NCBI GenBank assembly: GCA_951406725.2
Contig: OX597822.1
Location: forward strand, 28,086,001-28,150,000
Origin: Octopus vulgaris
Lineage: Eukaryota
Reading direction: 5' to 3'
DNA length: 64,000 bases
In this document: piece by piece, positions 56,733 to 64,000 of the stretch
Position numbering within the stretch: position 1 is the stretch's first letter
How the letters are laid out: every line of letters starts with the position of its first letter
Position numbers and translations under genes: made by a program
Notes under the pieces: model-generated
Seen by the model: the letters and a program-made list of their open reading frames with translations, nothing else
Database searches by the model: none
What the model was told of the DNA's origin: nothing

Positions 56733-57971
56733 CTAGATTTAATAAAACAAAACAAATTGAGTCATCGGTGGTTACTAAATAATATTCTCACCGTTTGAAT
56801 GTGAATGAAAAATAGAATTCTGTATAAATTCTTAATCTGGAGCAATTCGTAACGAGAATCTTTAGATAAGGCATTTTCTATTACTCAGTTATAGAGAGTC
56901 GACCAAAGCCTTGTAAGTGGATTTGTGATAGACTAACTGAAAGGCGTGTGTGTGTGTGTGTGTGGAGGTGCAATGTCCCAGTGGTTAGGGCAGCGGACTC
57001 GCAGTCGGAGGATCACTGTTTCGATTCCCAGACCGGGCGTTGTATGTGTTTATTGATCGAAAACACCTTAGGATCCACGAAGCTCCGGCAGGGTGTGGTG
57101 ACGACCCCTGTTGTACTCTTTCGCTCTAACTTTCACTCTTTCGTCCTGATTCTTGAGTAACGCTGCGATGGACTGGCGTCCCGTCCAGCTGGGGGGAATA
57201 CATACGCCACAGAAACCGGGCCTATGAGCCTGGATAGACTTGAAAAGGGTGCATAAATAAATAATATATAATTATTACGCACAAACTAGACAGACTTCCA
57301 CATTTTGCGTTATCTAAATTCACCAGGAATTGGTTGATCCAAAGATACAGAAGTCGCATGCACAAGACACCACGCATTAGGACTGAAACCAAAACCACGA
57401 GGCTGCGAAGTGAACTTCATCACAAAAATACAACGAATTAACACTTTAAAAAGAAATATATCTTTGTAGTAGCATTTTAATAATGGTTTCAAATTGTTGC
57501 ACAAGTCCACCAAGTTGTAAGTCGATTACGTCAATCGATACTTATTTTATCGACCCCGAAAGGATGAAAGGCAAAAGTCGACCTTAGCGGAATTTCAACT
57601 CAGAACGTTAACTCGAACGAAATGCTAAGCATTTTACCCGGCAGGCTAACGATTCTCCCAGTTCGCTGCCTTAATAGCATTATAATAGTAGCCAAAATTA
57701 CAAATCTGAGACATTTCAACGATTAATTTTCTAAGGAATATATATGGTTGTTTAAGTACATATAATAAATTTACAGCTATTTAATTACCGTAAATGGCTT
57801 AAATGAAATAATGAAATGCCAAGATCACCCACAAGATATTACAATTTTAGTGGTGTTTGCATTCTCCCAAATATTACGAGCATAACTCAACCAGTTCTAC
57901 AAAATTCGCTGTCTAAATTATACGGAATGTACTTTGAGAATGTAAGAAAATCTTTAAAAATTGTTACTTAC

Positions 57972-58033
57972 TTATTTTGGACCATTCAACTTCGTAAACT
58001 TGTTGGTGATTCCTTTTACATTTTTGGAGGATT
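57972..58033 (-). CDS. GEN1: GEN1 exon (chromodomain start)
   Basis: CAG|...|GTAAGT; RILQKCKRNHQQVYEVEWSKI vs GEN1 RIVKTRIRNGVHCFEIEWEK; phases 2/1 match the neighbouring exons. Confidence 0.88.
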
Positions 58034-58789
58034 CTGAAGCATTTGATAATTACCAAATTAAATTTGTACGAAATCATTTTATACAGTATTGCACTTCATA
58101 CGCCATTCCCTTCTCAGAAATTTGTACGCAGTCATAATTTTAGTTTCATATAATGTTTTTTACCCTATTTCTTTCTTTGTCTAATTGTACCACATTTCTC
58201 ACAATTTATATGAATTTCACCTTTTGATTAATAAGAAATTTTATTTCATCAGTAAAGTCCAGGGAATCAGATATTTACAAGCAATGGCAAAAGATGTTGC
58301 AATATGTTATACTGTTACATCCATCAGAACTACTAAAAAGGTTTATTGCTGACGAGCTGGCGTTACCATATTGGACAAGATGCTTAGTAGCTTATCTTCC
58401 AGCTCTTTACATTCAGAACTCAAATCCCGCCGAGATCAAATTTGTCCTGTATTCTTCGGGGACTAATTAGATAAAGTACTAGCCAAATACTTGGGTTGAA
58501 GTAATGGATTAAACCCTCTCCCAGAAGTTGCTGGTCATATACCAAAGTCTGAAATGTTTTTCTTACTGTTAATATTGCATGGTAGACACGTTAGAGCGTT
58601 GGAAAACTGCTTCATTGTATTTCATCCGGCCATTTACATTCCAAGTTTAATACTCACCGAGATAAACTTTACATTTCATCTTTCCAAGATCTATAAGCTA
58701 AAGCTCTAGAACTGGAGTCGATATAATCGACAACCATCTCCCTTCAAAGATGTAACTATTATACCTATATTAGTAATAATATGTATGTG

Positions 58790-59420
58790 TTTGGGCAAGA
58801 GAGGCCAATTTCGAAGCGGTTCCAATGAAATGGTTTAGCTTGATCAAAACATTGCCCCCTGTTCGTCATTAAAGAGGAGACTCACTACAGAATTATTCCA
58901 GTGGAGAACATCAGAAGTTATGAAAAGTGTGTTCCCTACAATTATACCAAGCGAAAACAATAGCTTGCACCCAACTAAAGAGGAGAATCTATCTCCAGAA
59001 CAGGAATATATCCGAAAACAGTTATGTTCTACAATTGGTGGGATATGAATGTCATCGTCCAACATGAAGTGCCACACCAAAACTCAAAATGTAAAACGGA
59101 GAAATATTCTTCTCACCTGGGAACATTGCACAAATAATTTACAAATGAAAAAGCGTTCATCATTGACCAAAGGTAAAAGGGTTTTATTGTACGGTGATAC
59201 AAGTCCATATATTCCTCAAGTCACCCAGGGAAAGATTATATCGCTAAATATGGAAGTTGTGTTTCATCCTCCTTACTGACCTCGCTCCAAATAACTATCA
59301 TCTTTTCAGTTGATTGCAATGTTATTTTAAATAGAAAAGTAGTTTATTAATTGTGAAATTATACAAAATTTTACTGAGTGTTTCTTTACTTCGAAGCTCG
59401 AAAAAATTTACACCTCTTTG
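58790..59420 (+). pseudogene. Decayed mariner transposase, intronic
   Basis: LLYGDTSPY...MEVVFHPPY..DLAPNNYHLF resembles HDNARPH...WEVLPHPPYSPDLAPSDYHLF. Confidence 0.75.
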
Positions 59421-60320
59421 TATGTTAAGAATTATTGATTTGATAAAATCCCGGAGGGCAATAACGTTAATCCTCCAATATGAATCTTAAAATCTACATA
59501 AGCGTTTTATATATAAAGTTTGACCCGTTCTAAAGTATATATCGCACTATCCCGTGGAGGGCGCTGAGTGCATCCAAAGCCGCTCGTACTAAATGAGCTA
59601 AAGAAATTTGGAGTCGAGAGTCCGATATCTACACTAATGACATCTTGGAAATTCATTGCAGGTACCAAAGTGAGTTCATTGGAAAGGGTGGTCTACACAC
59701 TGGTAGACTGACAGTTAATGACTCACAGTCATTAATATCGGATTGATTAGACTAATGTTACTATTAATCATTACTCTGCACAACGTATTGAGTAATCTGG
59801 TGTCCTTTGTGATCATGCACGTCTATCTGTCCATCCTTTCATCTTTCCCTTCCAAAATTCTCTTCAACTTACTTTATTTTCAGTCTCTTCCCTGTCTAGT
59901 GTCATCCCCTGTCCAATACCACTTTATATCTCCCCCCTCTTAACTCTTTTACTAGTCCCCTCTCCTCTCACTAATTCGAATTCTATAGCCATCAATAACA
60001 GTTGATATTTTTCTCTTCGACGAAGTGTGACCGAAACGTTAGACTTCTGTTTCTTCAAAGCCTAAACTCGTTCCACATTTTGCTAGCATAGAACATCACT
60101 AGTTTTCTCAGAGTTAACTGTTGTACTAAATATAAGCATGGAAACACGTACGGAACAACACACATCTGCAGGTTACTATTTTTTGTACTCAATGCTCGCG
60201 ATACAACTGAATAGTTACTATTTTTGTTCTGAAGAGAAAGAAATCATAAACTTCTTTTTAAAAATAAAATATAAATAAATGAAAAAGGAATCGATAATGT
60301 TTAAAAGAATTTATCTTTAC

Positions 60321-60532
60321 CTTTGAGGTTTTAAATCGTCAAGAAATCTGTAAGGGTAAGAATTTAGCTTCCAGTAAATAAGCAATGGGACCATCGTCAG
60401 GAAGAAGTTTTCTGCAGACCAAAAGAGATTCTCAACAAAAAACTTGCACAAGTTTTCAATATCTGGTTCCTTCCAAGTTATATTTTCTTTGGCATCATAT
60501 ATCTGTTTGGAATCCAAGAACTCTGAAATAAT
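60321..60532 (-). CDS. GEN1: GEN1 exon
   Basis: TAG|...|GTAAAG; IISEFL...ITWKEPDIENLCKFFVENLFWS...LKPQR vs GEN1 VIQEFL...IRYQRPDL...FTLEKMEWP...LQPIR; phases 0/2. Confidence 0.9.
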
Positions 60533-61299
60533 CTATAGGAAGTATACTAAGCAGATAAATAATGGACTAAGCTGTAAAATCAGAATCATGTTTGAAATAT
60601 GCACAGGAATGTTGATTTCGTAAAAAAAAAAAAAATATCGCAATCTTGTATTTCCAGCGGGGTTCGATCCCACCAAATACCTTCACGTCTTTATAACCTC
60701 GGATTTATCATGGTCTGTGCAGAAGTTCAACGTGTATATAAGTGACACAGATATTGGTTAGACCTGCAAACGTTGGCGGAAAAAAGCAATAAAACCGCTG
60801 ATTTCGAACGATGATTCCTTATGTTATTTTTGTTCCCTCCCGCGTCCCATAAATATTTCTTTTCAATATCAATTTCTTTAATACAGTGAAATATTGTTGG
60901 CGCATTGGAAAATTGAACCAACGGTGATTTAGTCTGAAAATGTCAAATATACACTAGAATAAAACGCAAAGGGTTATCGCATTTGGAAGTTGGTAGAATT
61001 TCATTTAGTTCAATGTTATGGTTAAATGTTTACTTATGGTATCATGTTTATGTCATTACAAATGAAAATACTGACCATAAGTCTTTAACATACAAAATTG
61101 TTTAATTAACCATATGACATCGTATCGCATCAAATTCCACCAATGCAATCACACATTAAGTATATAACGACGACATTAGAACCATCTGAGAGTTTAACAT
61201 TGCAGTTTGAAAATACGCGAGTAAAATGCTGAATACTAAGTATATACATACATCCCTTTAACGACTTTATTTGCAATCATTTAACATTTTCATTACGCC

Positions 61300-61600
61300 T
61301 TTAATCGACATTGTGTGCCCTGAATTGGATACAAGAATCTCAGGTCCTGAAACAGTAATGCTCCAGCGTTCGATCCACAGAAGTGGACAGGTTGGTAAAA
61401 TAGTCAAACTTGTAATCTTCAGTTCGGTTTTCGTGTCTAAACTCGCCTACGGTCATAAACGTTGGGTACTGTGATCGAAAGAGTACGATCGCGAATACAA
61501 ACGGTCGAAATGTAATTCTTCCAATGCGGCTCTGAAGTAACGTTGCTTGACAGGCTGCATAGCGTGGAGATCAAAGTTTTACCCGGCCGAGTCATTATTT
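61300..61600 (+). mobile_element. RTE-clade LINE fragment, intronic
   Basis: VKLVIFSSVFVSKLAYGHKRWVL..RVRSRIQTVEM resembles KLxIYxSxxVPxLxYGHExW...RSRIQAAEM. Confidence 0.75.
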
Positions 61601-61607
61601 CTCCGCA

Positions 61608-61995
61608 TGGAGTCGCTGTGTGATAAGTAGCTTGCTTACCAACCACGTGGTTCTGGGTTTAGTCCCACTGCCTGGTGCCTTGGGCAAGTGTCTTCTACTA
61701 TAGCCATGGGCTGACCAAAGCCTTGTGAGTGGATTTGGGAGACGGAAACTGAAAGAAGCCAGTCGTATATATGTATGTGTATATATGTGTGTGTGTCCAA
61801 TTTCCCTTGATAACCGATGCTGGTGTGTTTACGTCCCCGTAACTTAGCGGTTCGGCAAAAGAGACCGATAGAATAAGTACTAGGCTTACAAAGAATAAGT
61901 CCTGGAGTTGATTTGCTCGACTAAAGGCGGTGCTCCAGCATGGCCACAGTCAAATGATGGAAACAAGTAAAAGAGTAACAGAGAATAAAAGAGTA
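61608..61995 (+). mobile_element. Full-length SINE family B, intronic
   Basis: Head, internal TA/TG tract and tail all match 3425-3873. Confidence 0.88.
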
Positions 61996-62268
61996 TGGAG
62001 AAGTCATCTCCGGTACTACGGAATGTAATTAGAATGACAGGAAATAATCACAAACGGTTTCTTCAAGGTGAGCCAACCGTAGGAGACCTAGGTATAGACA
62101 AATAACTAAATATATGGGTGGGTACATGGTCAAACAGTACATGTATGCGAGTGTATGCATTTTGGTAAGATGGTGTACGAGGATGCATGATAGTGAACGT
62201 GCTAGTGTAGGGGAGGGCGTTAAGAGTGTAAGAAGGTAGAGGAAAAAGAATAAATTATTTTTGCTTAC

Positions 62269-62435
62269 TTTCTTTGAAGGAAAGTCTGGATTTAAAAGTG
62301 CTTTTTCTCTGACTATTAGTTCCATTTCATGTAACTTAAGTTTCTGGACGGTTTCATGGCAAAAACAAACGCAATTTTTTATGGCCACTTTCTTCATCCG
62401 ACATTTTTTGCATCCAATTTTGCTGTGATGGTGCA
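62269..62435 (-). CDS. GEN1: GEN1 exon (Cys-rich segment after the nuclease core)
   Basis: Polypyrimidine TTTTAG|...|GTAAGC; HSKIGCKKC...NCVCFCH...HEMELIVREKALLNPDFPSKK vs GEN1 HERNGCRLC...CCPCEWH...EVENNIKKKA...FP. Confidence 0.9.
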
Positions 62436-64000
62436 CTAAAAGAGAGAGTAATGTATTGTTTTGGAATATAATACCGTTTTCTTTGTTAGAAGTAGAGCAT
62501 ATTTTATCCATAAAATAAGTCCCTGTCCAGTCTGTATTATTGAAAAACGTATGACAAACTACTTAAATCTGAACCACTTTCAAATAGTGAATAGGAAATT
62601 TTCCGATGGACTATTTGGATCATATTCAATCCTTTAACTTTGTCAACAATCACATTAAACTGCAATAACTATCTCTAAGTATTTATACCTCATTCCTGAA
62701 AATATAATTTCCCAGCGAAAACGGTTCATTGAATATTTCTGTTGGATGGAATATACATGTTTAAGCTGGCAAAAGGTCCAATTTTCTTACTGGGTGGGCA
62801 TGTGGAAATGCCAGATTTTAAAATATTGCAATTCGACCACAAGAAAACGGAGCATTTCATTAAAAAACTTCAAATTATGAAACAAAAACTATTTTTAGCA
62901 ATTCATGATTTTCAAATCTTTTTCTAAAAATGTAATCAAATCCACTCCCAGAGCTTAAAAACCCAAATTTCAGTGTCCTGGGGAAAGTCATTCTCTTTTA
63001 ATGCCTCTTACGGAACATACGTAGTTCTCAGCTGCTCTCGTTTAATTGTAGGTTTTCCCTTTTGGGATTACCGTTGTTTTTTTAACTATTATACAACTTT
63101 TGCTGTTTACTGTGTCTTTTGGACATACGGAAAACTTTAGCAGGTTCGTTTTTGTGCGAATCCCACCCCCTGCGTAGGGGCTAATTGTGTCCCTTTAAGA
63201 AACATTATTTTCACAATCAGTACAACGTGGAAGTTGACGCCTCCCAATGTGTTATTTCAGACTTCTTGGGATTGTGCGAACAAATGTTACCCTCCATCCC
63301 ATTTCGCTAAATGAAGGAAGAGAAAAACATACCAGAGAATGATAAAACCGACCTCCGTATTGAAACAGAAAGGAAAAATGAACTGCAGGTCCGTGGCCGA
63401 CGTCATCAGCGAAACAGTGCAAGTCGGCTGGGGCGAGCAGGAAAAATATAAAAGCTTATTGCAGAGGGAAGGAACGAACACGAAGCTGACTGCCTCAGCA
63501 GTGATGTACAACACAAAACAATAGTTTACAGAACGCTGTCCTTGGCAACAAAAATGATAGAGATAGCAGCAAAGGATACCATCGAAAAGTGCCTACTACC
63601 TACTACCAATTTGGAGCGTGTGGCTGGCGGCAGCTGTACTGCTGAACCTGGAAGATAGAGCCACTATCCTTCCAGCCACCAGGCTACACCAGCAGAACTG
63701 AAATAGCAGAAATACCGAAAATACAACCTAAACTGTCTCTCACACACTATTATCTCTTTGTAGCATATGCCATGCTCTCGCAAATTAATTAAGGCGCTTA
63801 TGTAGTCACGATCAGAGAAACAACCTGTTGATTCTCCCACAATTCTGTAACATTCAAGATGTGAAAATTTAGGAGAGCAGGCAGGCAGTATAAGCGTTAG
63901 TTGGCAGTAATTTTCAGAGCAGTGGAGAACAATGTAATATGAGGAACTTGTTGAAGGAACTACAAGCTGATAAGTCCAGAAATTTTGTCCACGACCCAGT

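Noticed and set aside
56964-57035. tRNA-Arg-like sequence (and similar SINE heads) as tRNA genes
   Set aside because: They continue into SINE bodies and occur as diverged dispersed copies.
56625-62435. Functional link between the GEN1 resolvase and neighbouring cruciform-prone palindromes
   Set aside because: Proximity in a repeat-saturated animal genome is expected by chance; no supporting evidence.
62029-62511. 160-aa ORF as a complete gene
   Set aside because: Only 62269-62435 is GEN1-like and splice-bounded; the rest is intron read-through.
62560-63740. Further GEN1 exons or a decayed LINE 5' region
   Set aside because: No GEN1-like splice-bounded frame found; endonuclease-like hints are too weak to call.

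Overview
AT-rich, microsatellite-dense eukaryotic DNA. The SINE families and (TA)n/(CA)n/(TAGA)n tracts look like an octopus/coleoid cephalopod genome (inference from memory, not a search). Most long ORFs in the track are microsatellite artefacts. Host coding content is four spliced minus-strand exons of the Holliday-junction resolvase GEN1 (56.6-62.4 kb; the gene continues off the right end). There is also a probable decayed tandem-GAF (PDE5/6/11-like) gene on the minus strand at ~27.5-37.3 kb, partly caught in a 1.58-kb tandem duplication. The rest is repeats: three tRNA-derived SINE families, a full-length but inactivated DD36E Tc1-type transposon, other Tc1/mariner relics, and CR1, RTE, R4/Dong, L1/Tx1 and Penelope fragments. 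The most striking signal is about 15 type I hammerhead-ribozyme (HHR) or HHR-like motifs. They sit in several distinct short non-coding elements inserted in (TA)n tracts, built either as monomer plus terminal direct repeat or as long fold-back palindromes, i.e. Penelope-derived, retrozyme-like elements, several with unusual core variants. All structures and protein matches were read by eye.
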